Below are positions 1-13,100 of a stretch of DNA of 64,000 nt, piece after piece. Source of the stretch: Anthoceros angustus (Eukaryota > Plantae > Anthocerotophyta); contig MU008158.1 in the NCBI GenBank assembly GCA_010909165.1, forward strand, positions 2,009,478-2,073,477, given 5' to 3'. The notes below the pieces were generated by a model that saw only the letters and a list, made by a program, of their open reading frames with translations, did not search any database and had not been told where the DNA came from. Each line of letters starts with the position of its first letter. Position 1 is the first letter of the stretch. The position numbers were made by a program, and so were the translations under genes.

Positions 1-830
1 TAGACATCATGGTGTCCTTGGAAATGCACATGCCATCAACTTTCCGAATAGCATGCAAGATCTTATTATACACCTTGTGGAAGCGCATGGAACGGTTCAT
101 TGCCGCCGGATGTACCTCGTGTCTGCAGTACATGCAGTCCTAAAAGTCATGTTCACAAAGAGCAAGACCGAGAGGGAGCATGGCCGGGTATGTGGCCATG
201 GAGGCCATGCATTATGCCGCGGTGAATACCGCAGACATCCTTCCCAGCATGCCACACTATATCGAGAAATTGCCATTTGCACAAAGAGGAGTTGTTGGTT
301 GGGCAAGCAAAAAAAGACACTCCACCTGCACCGGTATAAGCGCCTTCATTGGTACCTACCATTCGATTCAAGTCCTCGCGCCAATGAGAAGTAGACATGC
401 TATGGAGGGCTCCGGATGGCGTGGATTTCATGATGTGGTTGCGAGAGTCCTTGCAGGGGTAGATGGGCTGACCACGGAACGAGATGACGCATAGCTCGCC
501 GGTGGGGCCCAAGGACTGTGGTGAAGAGTTATCGAGGCTTGAATACAAGGGGTACCATTTTAGATCATTTGGGCGGTGATGAAGGCCTGACATCCACTCG
601 TGGATAGTTGGGTTACGGTCATTTGAGATGGTAGGTGCCGATTAAACACTGAGTTCTTTGGCCGGATATTGGAGATCCTTGAAGTGGAGTGTGAAGGAGG
701 AGACTTTCGTGACAATCATATTGAATGTGCATTGGTACCAATGTTCGAAGTGATTTAAAGAGCCACCATCCATGGTGCGTGATTTCAGGAGTTCGGGAGT
801 TGACACGTACCGTGCAGGTATAATCGAACC
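1..830 (+). pseudogene. CACTA/En-Spm transposase, C-terminal part (DUF4218/DUF4216-like), frameshifted and cut by the window edge
   Basis: Fragments LIIHLVEA..GTVHCRRMY, ..EGSMAGYVAMEAMHY and EFFGRILEILEVE..IILNVHWY match the CACTA TnpD consensus HLxxHLVxExxxxGPVxxRWMY..PEGSIA and ..YGxIxEIxEL..WY. Confidence 0.85.
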
Positions 831-3800
831 ATCAAAGCAGGCCCTACACTTTCCGGCGCATGTAACTCAAGTGTTTGCTCATCGGATGTAATGCCCGCAA
901 CAAAGGCGTGGATGATATGCACACCAAGACCGCTGTGGGACCGCTCGTGTGAGCCCTTAGAAGCATAAACTTTGATGTTCTATGTGGGGATATGCACACT
1001 TTATTGTTGCGGGTGGAGCCCCTACCCACCAAGTGAAATTACCATGCTCTAACATCCATTATGACACGGCAGCGAGGCTATGTGTGTAAGGTCACGATCA
1101 TAAACAATGATAGCGAGCATGTAATGGCGGATATGCGGAGTGTATACCATTTTGACCACTCACCGTTAGCTCGTTCTTAACGCTTGCTTCGCGCAAGTCT
1201 CTCCTTGTGCCACGTTTGGATAGAAGTAGTAGTAGCTGGGTCCGAGGTTAGAAGCCGTGGACCATCCGACCATGCGAGCTTAAGACGACGGAAGCAATTT
1301 GGCATGCTATTTCAAAAAGCATGTAACGAGTCCTTGAATAAAGACCACAATTGGGCTTCGATCCGATTCTAGTAGGCACTTTGTCCTCTAGAATGGCGTG
1401 GGACGCCGATGGGACCGAGTTGGAGCTTGCATTGCAGCTTAGCATGCGATGGTGTCGCGAGGAATGTGCCGGGGGCAGTGGCAAGCAATTGTTGTCACCA
1501 TGAGAAGAGGGCTGAAGCGGCGTGAGCAAAGGCGGAGCACGGCGATGAAATGCTCCCGCTCGAGCATTGGTGTGTGCCAGCATCACGCTTTGTCGACGCC
1601 GGCGATGGATGTGTTCAAAATTTTTCCCGTGTGCATGCAGAAACGTGGTACTGCGGCCATCTCTGGCAGGCAACCCGTGACTAAGATGGAGCCTCCGGCC
1701 GGGCAAATTTACACAAGCCCGGTTAGGGCCGCAACCTACAGGTTCCCATAGAAGGCTCCTTGGAGGAGGAGGAGGAGATTACGCCAAGTGTGGCGGGGAG
1801 CAGGACCGAGGCGTGTTGATGATGATGACAAGGTAAGAGTACACATCACGACGCATAGTCTACCCACTTTTCGCCCACGCCTGCGCTGTTCATATTGGTG
1901 ACGCGCTCTTGTTTTGAGTGCAAGGGGCACTTGGTGGTGTCGACGGCAGAGACAATGGTCGTGAAAGGGACCATTGTTGATGAATTATTGTCCGGAGGAC
2001 ATGGCGACGAGGCGTGTATCCATTGAGGTCGATGGCGTTACGTGGGCCGGGAGAGGATACCGCGAGGATGATTTTGACGAGACACAGGCAAGCACTTGAG
2101 GGAGAGTGGGAGACATCCCGTAACCGGTCCGCCTCTGCTCAAGCTTTTTTGCCCACAATTGCACTAGAGATGTGAAGGCGATTTGCTAGGGTGCATAAGT
2201 CGCTGACTAAGAAACAGCGCCGAGGCCAAATCGCTACTTGGTAGCGATCATGTGACGAGGAAGCCATATTTGAGGTGTTGGAGGGGACACAAGCACCTTC
2301 ACAAGCGGATCGAGCTGATTCACTCAAGGTGCAGCAAGCCATGGTCGAAGCACACGACGGAGTTTCTAACTTGTGGATGCTTGTGGAGGACTTGTCCAAG
2401 TGTCGGTACCGGGACTTCATCAACCAGCTTCTCAATCTCTTCCAAAAGTGGTTTCCAGTTTTAGCGCGTGAAGGTGGCGGCGCTCAATTGCGGTATGGGA
2501 GGTGTTGGACGATATCGGACTAGGTCTGGGTATCGATGCGTGCGGGAGGCAAGGGGTGGGTTTGGGTCGAGCTTGCAGGGGTGGAGGTGTGTGGCCTCGC
2601 CCACAAAGCCCAGCTGACCACAAAGACGCGCATGGATAAGTATAAGGTGCAGGATGCAACCTTTGGGCGTGAGGAGCAAGAGGCCTCCCGCTTTTCACAT
2701 GAAGTGGGGTCGGGATCTCGTGCAGAAAGAGCCCCTCGCGACACATGAGGTCGAGGAGATGCCTACATTACGGGCTGAAAGCGAAAAGGTGGCAATGGAC
2801 ATGCGAGATGGCCTGCAGTATGATGTTAGGCCGACCCATTGGGTGCAAATCACGCCCAAGCTCAAAGATAAAGACTTGACCGAGTGCATGGTTGTGCTGT
2901 TGCGTGAGCGGATGATGGACTTATGGCCACGAGTAGCGCAACACCTTCCGGTGGGCGAAGAGAACATGACCTCCGCTTGGAGGACGTCTTGCATATGCTG
3001 GGCGACACGGGCACCTTCAACTCCGCAACCTCAAGCGGAAGTGACCCGAGCTCCGCTGGTCGGTCGGTTGAGTGAAATTGCATGCATGCACGCTGCCTGC
3101 AGGGACATGGTCCCATCTATAGTCCGGGAACTAACAAACGCTTTTTTTCGGGGCACGGATGGGACATTCTCGCATAACAACTCTTCAGGAAGGGCCCACC
3201 ATGGGCACGGTTGGGCATCGGTCCCAATATATGCATGGATTTGTGGAGGAATGATGCATGGTATGGGAGTGCCATTGATTCATTCTATGGATGCGTGGTA
3301 AACAAGGCTCCTCCAAGGAGGTTGTTGAATGGACCTCGTCGGATGGATGAGCGAGGGTTGCTCAGAAAACCGGCGACGGAAAACCAAGATCCTCCGATCT
3401 CGAGAGCGGGTGGTGAATCTTGAGGTCCATTGTAGACAATGTGGCCGTGATTGGGCTGCCGGACATGATTTGCCGTTGAAGCCATATCATTACAGTTGTC
3501 CCGCCAAATGGGGTGCCTTCGGGTAAAGTATCTTGATAAGTGAGTTGAACACACGGCGTTAAATTTGTTGACGTCAATGTCGAGGTGATTTTGTTTTACG
3601 ACTTCAATAACCCAATTCACCACTTTACCATGATGGGAAGCCGATAATTAAATTCAAGTCGGTAGAGGAAACCATTTTCAGCGGCCGGTAAAAATAGAGG
3701 ATTAAAACCAGTTACCTTATCGGTAAAATAAGTATTTCCCACTCAAGTAAATTACACGCTTGCTTTTTGAATTTTAGGACGACAAGCTGTCAAGTAAGTC

Positions 3801-4283
3801 GACGGTTCATCTACACAGCGACGTCATAGTCAGCAAATTGACAGGGCGATACGCGGACACCGTGTGACATATTGCGTGCAGTCCGCGTGCAAGCGCAACC
3901 GTTGGGTATAGCAAAATCGATGGGCCCACCCGGATGGGTTTGCATCACCGTCTGGTCGGACTCGCGTCACCGTCCGGTTGGTAACGCGAGGCCGACCGAC
4001 GGATTCCATAAGCAAACGCGGTTTGCGGACCGCAAGACCGGCGAGTTTGCGTTCGTTTCTATTTCCGGCGGATGCACATCGTTTGATGCGGCTACCCGGC
4101 GAAACCGGCCACCGAACCGGCGGGGCCGGTGGGCCGGCAATGCTTCACAACACGCGTTATTCTTATCTTTATGTCGTGTTGGATATATGCAAAATAACGC
4201 AAAGACGAAACCCCGCGTGATAAGTTTGCCTAAACGATATAACCTTTTTTTTTCGTGGTAAAAACATCCGATGTGTAGTAGTG
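1..4283 (+). mobile_element. 3' portion of a CACTA element (transposase end, degenerate second ORF ~2.1-3.5 kb, subterminal region, 3' TIR)
   Basis: Ends in ...GGTAAAAACATCCGATGTGTAGTAGTG at 4283 (reverse complement CACTACTACACATCGG), downstream of the CACTA transposase; CGGTA/ACCG-rich subterminal region from ~3600. Confidence 0.8.
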
Positions 4284-7221
4284 AGTCTACAATGAGCTCC
4301 ACAATGAGCTCGCTAAACTCTCTACTCCTCGTAGTGGCCACCTCCTCCTCGCCCATAGCTTGCGCCTCCCCAACCGACGCTCACCCGATGTTTGCTTGGC
4401 CCACATCAATGTACACCGATACGCGACAAAACCAATCGGCATCCGATTATAGATGATTTGGTGGCATACTGCTCTTGTCCACGCCTTCAACATCCTGCAA
4501 CCCCCAACCCATCAAGCAGCTATTACCATCATTGTTGTCCAACCCATCTCGCAACCACAATGTGCCATTACCATCGACGGAGGTCTTCCCGAGAGCCTGC
4601 ACCTGTCGCCTTTGCCGCCCACACCTCCCTCGAATCCACCTCCTCCACGCCCGCCTCCTCCCTCTGCAATGCCTGCTAGGCATCCACTTCTCCGGGAGCA
4701 CCTCTGCGACCACGCCTCCCTTACTGGCGCATGTGGGCGCGCCCTCGCCACCTCCGGGCCTCCTCACTTCGACCGCGAATCATGACTTGAGGACCGGCAG
4801 GCAGGAGGAGCTTTGTCTCCTCTTGGGCTGCACCATCATAGTGAACACCACTGTGCTGCCTAAGTGCAATGCATCAGTACCGTGACCAGTTCTCGGATGT
4901 TGAACAGTGGGAGGCGCAGGAGAGGGTGCATGCTCCCCATGCCTACCGCTTGGCCGGGTCTGCGAATCTGCAACTTATGTCAGACTGCAACCGCAGCCTC
5001 GCAGTGTGCAGACCTCCGGTGCCCACTCTGACTCACACTCACCTTGCATACGACGGTGCACGGCTTTACAGGCAGCTGGGTTGCACTTACTCTTGCTGGA
5101 GGTTCGCAGCCATGGCGTAACAGACACCAGGGCCTCTATGAAAATGCAACAGCGATCGGTAATTTGCACTGTACCCTATGGCCGGCTGGTGGTGGCGGCT
5201 GGATCGCGTGGCCGCCACCTTGAGCCGCCATCCCCCCTACTCCCGTGCTGTTGTCAAGCACGCTTGAGCACGCTTATTAATTCAACTCCCCACGCCGCAG
5301 TTGGCACAAGGGATCAGGTGGGGTCATGGTACCCCCGCCAAGCAAGACCTGGGCCCGAGGGGAAGTCCCTGCGCACCAAGCGCCCTCCTTCTACTCCTCC
5401 AACGCACCAGCCGGCGCAGCCGGGAGGCTCGCCGACGCTCACCCATGGTGGGTTAAAGTATGGAGATCACACCATAGCACGTGAGCCTCGTGGAAGGCCT
5501 AGCAAAAGCATACAAGAGATTGTCTTTATGATCGTGAAAGGTGCAATATAAGCGCAGTGTGGTGATAAACTGCGTTTTAAAACCTAAAAGAATATTTTAA
5601 ACCTAACGCTAATGAAATGTTATTACTATTTAATAGGGTCTTTGCCTTGGAAGTCCTTTGTAGGCAGATCATCCACATTATCAAGTGTGTGACATATTGT
5701 AGCCCAATGATCCCCATGTCTACCTCCGACGGATAAAATGAAATAGAGGCTACCTCACCTCTCCTATAAGGCATGCTTTGCATAGCTGCTTTCTAAGTCC
5801 GTGGAAGGGCAAACCCCGCGTGATAAGTTTGCCCTAAACGATATAACCACGCTTTTTTTACGTGATAAAACATCCGATGTGTAGTAGTGAGCTCCACAAT
5901 GAGCTCGCCCAACTCTACTCGTAGTGGCCACCTCCTCCTCGCCAGCTTGCGCCTCCCAAACGACAGCCAATCTTTTGCGGCCCACATCAATGTACCTGAT
6001 GCGGACAAAATTGCCATCTGAGTCATAGATGATTTGGTATGGCTTGCTCTTGTCCACGCCTTCAACATCTGCAACCCCCAACCCATCAAGCAGCTATTAC
6101 CATTGTTGTCCAACCCATCTGCAACCACAATGTGCCATTACCATCGGAGTCTTCCGAGATTTCGCACCCTTGCTGCTCCACACCTCCCTCGAAATCCACC
6201 TCCTCCACAGCCGCCTCCTCCTCCCTCTCACTGCTAGGCATCCACCCCTCCGGAGCACCTGCCACCGCCTCCCGCCGGGCGTTGGCGTGGGCTGCCTCCG
6301 CCACCTCCGCCTCCTCACCGCCTTGACCATGACTCGAGGCAGGCGAGGAGGAGCCCTCCCTCTTGGGCTGCACTATCATAGTGACCCACCAGTGCTTGGC
6401 GCAATGCATCAGAGTCTGGGATGCAAGGGCGCAGGAGGGGTGCATGCTCCCAATCAGCTACCCCAGGCTGGTCGAACTTAGCGGCTGCAATCGCAGCCCC
6501 TGCGGTGTGTGTGCCTCCGGGCACACACCCATCGGCACAAGGTGGCTCAGCACCTCGCCCCTTTGAGGTCGCACCATGCACCGCACACTGGCCTCCATGG
6601 TGCTCTGATCCTTACGCCCTATGTGAGGTGGCGGCCGGGATCGCGCCGCCACCTCGGAGCCGCCATCCCCCTACTCCCGTGGTGTGCACGCACACCACCC
6701 CCACGCATGCTGGCAGCGGGGTGTGTGTGGGGTTGTTCGCCAGCAAGCACCGGGCCCGAGGGGAAGTCCTCGCACCAAGCGCCTCCTTCTACTCCTCCAA
6801 CGCACCAACGGCGCAGGCCGGGGGGAGGTCGTCGACGCCCTCACCCATGGTGGGTTAAAGTAGTATGGAGATCACACCATAGCACGTGAGCCTCGTGGAA
6901 GCTGAGCAAAAAGCATACAAGAGATTGTCTTTATGATCGTGAAAGGTGTACATAAGCGTGTGTGAGTGATAAACGTTTTAAAACCTAAAAGAATATTTTA
7001 AACCTAACGCTAATGAAATGTTATTACTATTTAATAGGGTTGCTGCCTTGGGAAGTCCCTTTGTAAGCAGATCATCCACATTGGCTGAAGTGTGGACATA
7101 TTGTAGCCCAATGATCCCCATGTCTACTGCCTGACGGATAAAATGAAATAGAGGAGGCTACCTACTACCTCCCTATAAGGTACAGTTTGCATAGCTGCTT
7201 TCTCTAAGTCTGTGGAAGGGC
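4208..7221. repeat. Tandem duplication: copy 1 4208-5810, copy 2 5811-7221 (CACTA end + GC-rich flank + 3' end of copia)
   Basis: AAACCCCGCGTGATAAGTTTGCC starts both copies; CTAAGTC(C/T)GTGGAAGGGC ends both; second TAGTAGTG end at 5889; the copies differ by many small indels. Confidence 0.92.
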
Positions 7222-8994
7222 AATCTCCTAAAGAGCGTTTATCACTTGTAGAAATAGGAGTGGAGACTGGATTAACAACCTGTAGGTTGAACTTGGTCAG
7301 CAGTTGCCGAATAAAATGAGACTGATGAATACATACACTTGTCATGCTTGGATCAAACAGGAACTGGATGCCAAGGGCGAACTTCAAAGGACCGACATCG
7401 GTCATGTCCCACTCTTGGGACAACTCTTGTTTGATATAAGAAAGGATCTCCTCATCATTGGCGAACAAAAAATTGTAATCCACGTAGAGTGCGATGATAC
7501 AAATTTAAATCTGCGCTGTCCTCTTCAGCACATACACGCTGCAATTGGCAGCTAGAGGTACAAAACCTAGCTTACGAAGCTTTTTGTCTGCCTTTGCATT
7601 TCACATGCGTGCTAATTGTTTTAAACCGTATGTGGACTTGAGCAGATGACATACCTTGCTTGGATTAGTGATGTACCCTTCAAGCTGAGTCATATAGATA
7701 GTCTCGGTAAGATCTCCATTTAAAAACGGTATCTTGACATCCATTTGATGAACAAGAAGCTTGTGTTTAACCGCATAACATAGTAAAATTCGCATAGAGG
7801 TTGGCTATACCATTGGACTAAAAGTTTCTCTGTAATCCAAGCCTTGGACCTGGGTGTAGCCACGTGCTACTAATTCCTATCTGCAAGCAAGGTAACGCGT
7901 TCCCATGTTTTGTCGATGATCAAACTGTTATATTCAAAGTCGATGGGTTTTTGCCATTCAGCTGTTTGTGGCCCAGATAATGCCTCGTGATATGTTAATG
8001 GTGTGTCAAGAGGATCAAGGATGGATGAGGCTACAGCATGGGCAAAGGCTGTGAGACTGGCACGAGGCGGTGGATTGTCTAGAGGAGGTTGTGTGACTGG
8101 CTGGGTTTGGGAAACGAGACTGTCCCCAGGTACGTAAGGGGGATCAAGCCACTCGGATCTTGGGCGATGTGTCCGAGTGGATCTCCTAAGTAATGGCTCA
8201 ATATCAGGTTCAGGGGCTAGTGCTTCTAAAGGAACATCTGGCATGTCTAGAACATGAGGTGCATGTTGCTCATTTAATTCTAAAATGTCTGTAGGTGGAG
8301 GAGCTAGGATTGCTAGAGCTGGTATTTGACCAGCAACTGGGCCAGGAACAAACTAAGGTTGAGGACCTGTAGGATGGTTAGGAGCTGCATGTGTCTCATC
8401 AGGAAAATAATCCACTACATCAAGGTCTAGGTCAGTAGAATCTACAGCATTGTCATCACGTAGCATGTGTCCAAACAAAGAAGGTTGAGAGAGAGCTTGA
8501 TGACTGCTGCTCGATTGAAGGTATGCTTGCAAAATGAAGCGTTCATTGAAATTGACACTACGGGCTAAGGTCACCTGCCTAGTGTAAGGATTATAAAGTT
8601 TGTAACCTTTAGAAGTGTTTGAGTAGCCCACGAAGATGTGTTTTGATGCACGATCATCCATCTTTCCTCTCTTGTCAGTAGGTACATAGGCATAAGCGGT
8701 AGAGCCAAAGATATGAAGATGGCTGATGCGAGGTTTATAGTTGTGCCATCGTTCAAAAGGGGTATGATTAAATAAAGGTTTTGCTGGAAGCCTGTTATGC
8801 ACATAGTTTATAGCAGCAACGGCTTTGGCCCAATACCCTTTGGTCAGAACTGCCAATGACAGTGTTGCTCTGCATCTTTCCTACAAAGTCATGTTATAAC
8901 GTTCAGCGAAAGAACTTTGTGCAGGATGATAAGGCACATTGAGCTGGTGGATGATTCCTTTCTCCCGACAAAAGGGCTGGAAATCATGGGTAAG
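7040..8994 (-). pseudogene. Ty1/copia element 1, 3' piece: integrase C-terminus, RT and deleted RNase H
   Basis: FCREKGIIHQL..PYHPAQ..AERYN; YWAKAVAAINYVHNRLP; IFVGYS..SKGYKLY; HQMDVK.PFLNGDL.ETIYM; VPYREVVGSLLY; YVHTSANVDDLLTKGLP. Confidence 0.95.
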
Positions 8995-9024
8995 CCCTAC
9001 TAGAAAAGGGCACCCTATGTTACA
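8995..9024 (+). repeat. Left 30-bp TIR of the CCCTA element
   Basis: Exact reverse complement of 38545-38574; followed by TGTTACA/TGTTGCA subterminal motifs. Confidence 0.96.
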
Positions 9025-12000
9025 GTGGATGTTGCAATTTTTTGTTACACTTCCACATTGCAACATGTTTTGGAGGGTTGGTATTAAGTTTGTTAGTTCC
9101 CCTCGTGCTGCCCATCTTAACACGAACTCGACACTATCTCTTCCCCTCCCCTTCGGTACACCCCTCTCTCACAAGCATTGTTAATAATTTCCCACTTCCA
9201 ACTTCCGATGGTTTGATGGCTTGGTGTTAAGTTGGTCCATTCTTTCTCTTCCTTCTCCCACCATCCTAACACAATGCTTGGTCTCTCACTTCATGTACCA
9301 CTTCAATATTGCAACACTTTATGGTGGCTTGGTGTTCAAGGTGTCCTTTTCTTATCCACTTCTCACCCCATCTTAACACAATACTTGGTCTCTCTCTCCC
9401 CTCACCCTCCTATTTATTGCCCCCTTATCACACCCTTTTATACTCTTTCACTTCTCCTCCTCCTTCATGACCGTGAGAAGGACCTCCCCTATCACGCCCA
9501 TTTTATACTCTTCCACTATTCCTCTTTCAACTTGCTTGTTACAATGACCTCTCGCCTGGGCTGTCTTCCTTCCTTTTACCTCCTTTGCATATACTCAATA
9601 TACATATATATGTTTGTAGGCTTCAAGACATAAGTATGTGTACGCTTTATATGTACACATCCATCCGTTATACTTCTATTATATTAGTGTATTTACATGC
9701 CTCTTTGTATGTATGTATACGCACGTATATAGGCATCAAGACTTGTTTATATAATAATATATGTGCTAACCCTTACGTCCTCTCATACCTTACATATCTA
9801 AGTGTTTGATTTTATTGACAATTTAAATCAAATTTTTGGACACTTCAATCGTCCTCTATCCCTTGACCTTTGTTTCCACCGATGCAATACGAACTCCACG
9901 TGATATGGGCATATGCGTCGGGCGTGCACCAACATGTGCCTCGAATCAAGCGACGCGACGTCACTTGGTGACTCTTGGACCAACACCAATGGTTTCGTGG
10001 TTCCTCCACATCTTCCTACACCTATCCGACCTCTATAACCACTTTCACACATTCCCTATGTCAATGCGGCTACAAGGTGGGCACCAATTCCCTCTTGTTT
10101 GTTGCTAATTGACCATCACCGGTCCACCCATGCAGGCGACTCCATCGTCCGGGAGAAACATCTCGACCATTTACATTCCCCTCCACAAACGGCCCCTACC
10201 CATAGACCGTACCAACCATTCCTATGTCACTTGCGCCTACACCCCTTCGCCACCGTCCGACCTGACTCCTCTTGGCTTCAACACCCGTTGTCTTTGCTTG
10301 ACCCTCTTAAAGACCTCCTCGTTTCCCCGTGTGGTCCACCTTCCGTGGCCGGCATTCGACCCACTAGCCTCAATGGCTAGCCCTTCACTCCCGGCCCCAT
10401 AGGCTGCCAAATCACCACTTCCACAATTACGAGACAAGCGAATAGCATTCAATCTCTCGATGGTTGCCACCCTACTCACGCTTTTGACACGGATCGTGAT
10501 ACGCCTGTGGCACCGCCATCACACCTCCGGATCCCCACCATCCACGTTGCCTCCGGCATCACTTGACGTGACGCCCCTGCTTGGCACCTTCCCTCCATCT
10601 TCCTTCTCTCCACCGGGTTGCCTTCACGACCGGCCTTCACCTTCCACCGTTTTCCTTCCCTTCTTCCTGCAGTGCACACGCATCACTTACTCACGTCCTA
10701 TAGCGAAACCTACATATCACAACCAAGCATTCCATTAACCGTCAACGACTATTTTACCACTCGATTCTAAGATGTCTCCAATCCATGCCTTGCTGCCCAC
10801 TTCAACTCATCCGTGGTTGCGCTCCTCCCGTTGGACATACCGTTTCGAACTCCTTTGCTCCGGACCAAAGGGACCATGCTCGTGCTTGCAATTCTTGCTT
10901 ACGCGGCCTGTGGTGTTGGCCACACACCCCATGCTCAGAACGTCACCACGGCTTGCGCACTTTTCTCCATGCCTTCGTGCATTAGGCGGATGCAACCATT
11001 TTGCATCCTTCCCTTCTCCCTCCACGAATGCGCTTGCCGCACCTTCTTGCCCACATTGTGGTTCCTTGTCCGCGATGCACCGCAAACCGCCACAATATCC
11101 TCGCTCTATACTTGCAAACTCATACTCTACCTTCCTCACCGTCTTTCGCAAACTGTCGTGGCTCGACCATGGCACCATCACTCCATTTTGCACACACTAG
11201 CTCCAACACCGGTGGAAGGCCTTCCTCACTCGTCCTTCCTCTGGACGACTCTTCATCCTCCTCCTCATTCTCTATCCACCCTCCATCGCATAACCGGCTC
11301 ACGCCCATGTACACGCCACCACGCCCATGTAGCCCGCACAACACTATGACATCGTCTAATGGCTTACCGCCGTGCTCACAATTCTCCAATTTCATGTGCT
11401 GGCAATGTAGTCGGCATGTCTTCCTCGACCTCGATCCGCCATCTCCACATCTTCCTCCTCGCTCCGCCTCCCCATCCTCGCTACTGGTGTCCTCCTCACC
11501 GCCTCCTCACCATCATAGGCATGCGCCCTTGGCCCTCCTCCGCAACCGCCCACCAGCCACTGCCCACTCCCACCGCAGGAGTCTCCTCCTCCAAAGGCTC
11601 CCTCCCGCCACGTTGTTGGGGTTGTCCGCCGCCACCGGCGTAAGGTCCACAAAACGTATGCCATCTCTCTGCAGCTGTGGTCACCCTCTTGTGCACCACC
11701 ACCATGCTCCTCAAGTTGGACACACCCTCAAGCTCCGACTAAGGCCAATGTCCCTCCGGGATGTCGCGCCTGGCGATCCCTCCTCCGACTTTGGAATCTC
11801 TCCTGGAAGCAAAGAAGCGTTAGCTCCCCACCTGCTGGAGACACCCACTCCACTTCCGGCCACGAGCATCGCCGCCTCTTGCAGACTCCACTGTATGAAG
11901 GTTCTCCTCCGGCACCTCCACCTCTCTCGCCGCTCGCCCACGCCATGGGCATCCACCCTCCACTTGGAATCGGCTTTCCACGACCGCGCCCACCTCACTT

Positions 12001-12579
12001 GCCGGCTTCCACCATCCCGCTTCCATCCACCGCCGCGCTCCCCGCGCCAAGTCCCTTGTGGACCATTTTCCGGCCCCCTCCCTCTCGTGGGCGCAACGTC
12101 GATGGGCCCCCCAACCTCCTCCTTCCCGGCAGCGACGTTATGGGCACCGGACATCCGCGGGATTGGGCGTTTGTTCCGTGCTTAAGCCACAGCCAAATCC
12201 TCAAAGTCAACGTCCCAAACCATGGTCGAGGAAGGCCAACCGAGTCACCGCACATGCACAACCGATAACCGCGACAAAGTGAACAGGAACTCCGGGCGAT
12301 GGGCCGACAAGGCGGTGAGGTAACCTGTGGTGATGGGGAAGAGGGGCAAGAGGAGAAGAGGGGGAGGCGAGGCGAAGTCCTAGGGCATGCCACCGGCTCA
12401 TGTGCCATGCATGCCGATTTCGCCGGCACAAACTCGAGTTTGCGCCCACCACCTATATGTGTACATGTGGCATTCACATGCCTAAAACACACCGCGCGAT
12501 TGTCCACCACACCATTCTGCGGCACATATGGCATCCATGCATGTTTGGCATATATAGGCATCCCGTGTTTATACGATTT

Positions 12580-13100
12580 TCGATCCAAGGACAAATTTAG
12601 CCCATTATGGATTACCATATGCATCGAAGGAAAATAATTTCCCTTTGCTCATGCGCATTTCGTGGTCCAAGGACAAAACATTCGTTATGTATGGTCATTT
12701 CGTGACCCAAGGACAAATGTTCCTCATTTGTCATGACCATGCCTTGGCCGTCAATTTTGGCCATTCGGATGACCATTTAAAGCCAAGGACAAATGTTTCC
12801 CATTATGGAAGATCATTTTCGATCGAGACAATAATTTGCCATTGTTCATTACCGTTATGTGGTCCAAGGACAATACATTCCCATCATGCATGATCACTTC
12901 GTGACCCAAGGACAAATGTTCCTCATTCGTCATGACCATGTCGCCTCATGTCAATTTTGGCTGGATGACCATTTGGAGAGCCAGGATGAATTTGCCCTTT
13001 GTGGATTACCAGACACAAGGACAAATGATTGTGACGAGCTTTCCTCCAATAAGACAATTTTGCATTTAATCATCCCCTTGACCCAAGGACAAGTGTTCGC
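12580..13100. repeat. Degenerate minisatellite, ~40-bp period, core CCAAGGACAAATGTTC
   Basis: Core (C/A)CAAGGACAA at about 12586, 12667, 12707, 12784, 12864, 12906, 13015 and 13083; most spacings near 40 or 80 bp. Confidence 0.8.

Noticed and set aside
4290-5460. Proline-rich host gene
   Set aside because: Frames are not conserved between the two duplicate copies and no domain is recognisable.
9830-10800. Possible PHD or Ulp1 protease remnant on the minus strand
   Set aside because: Only an isolated WCPPC; the remaining ligands and catalytic residues cannot be read.
11001-12185. 394-aa Pro/Ser/His-rich ORF
   Set aside because: Low-complexity antisense read of a purine-rich, TE-internal minus strand; no domain recognised.
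12580-13100. CRISPR-like repeat-spacer appearance
   Set aside because: The cores are degenerate, the linkers resemble each other, there are no cas genes and the context is eukaryotic; it is a minisatellite.
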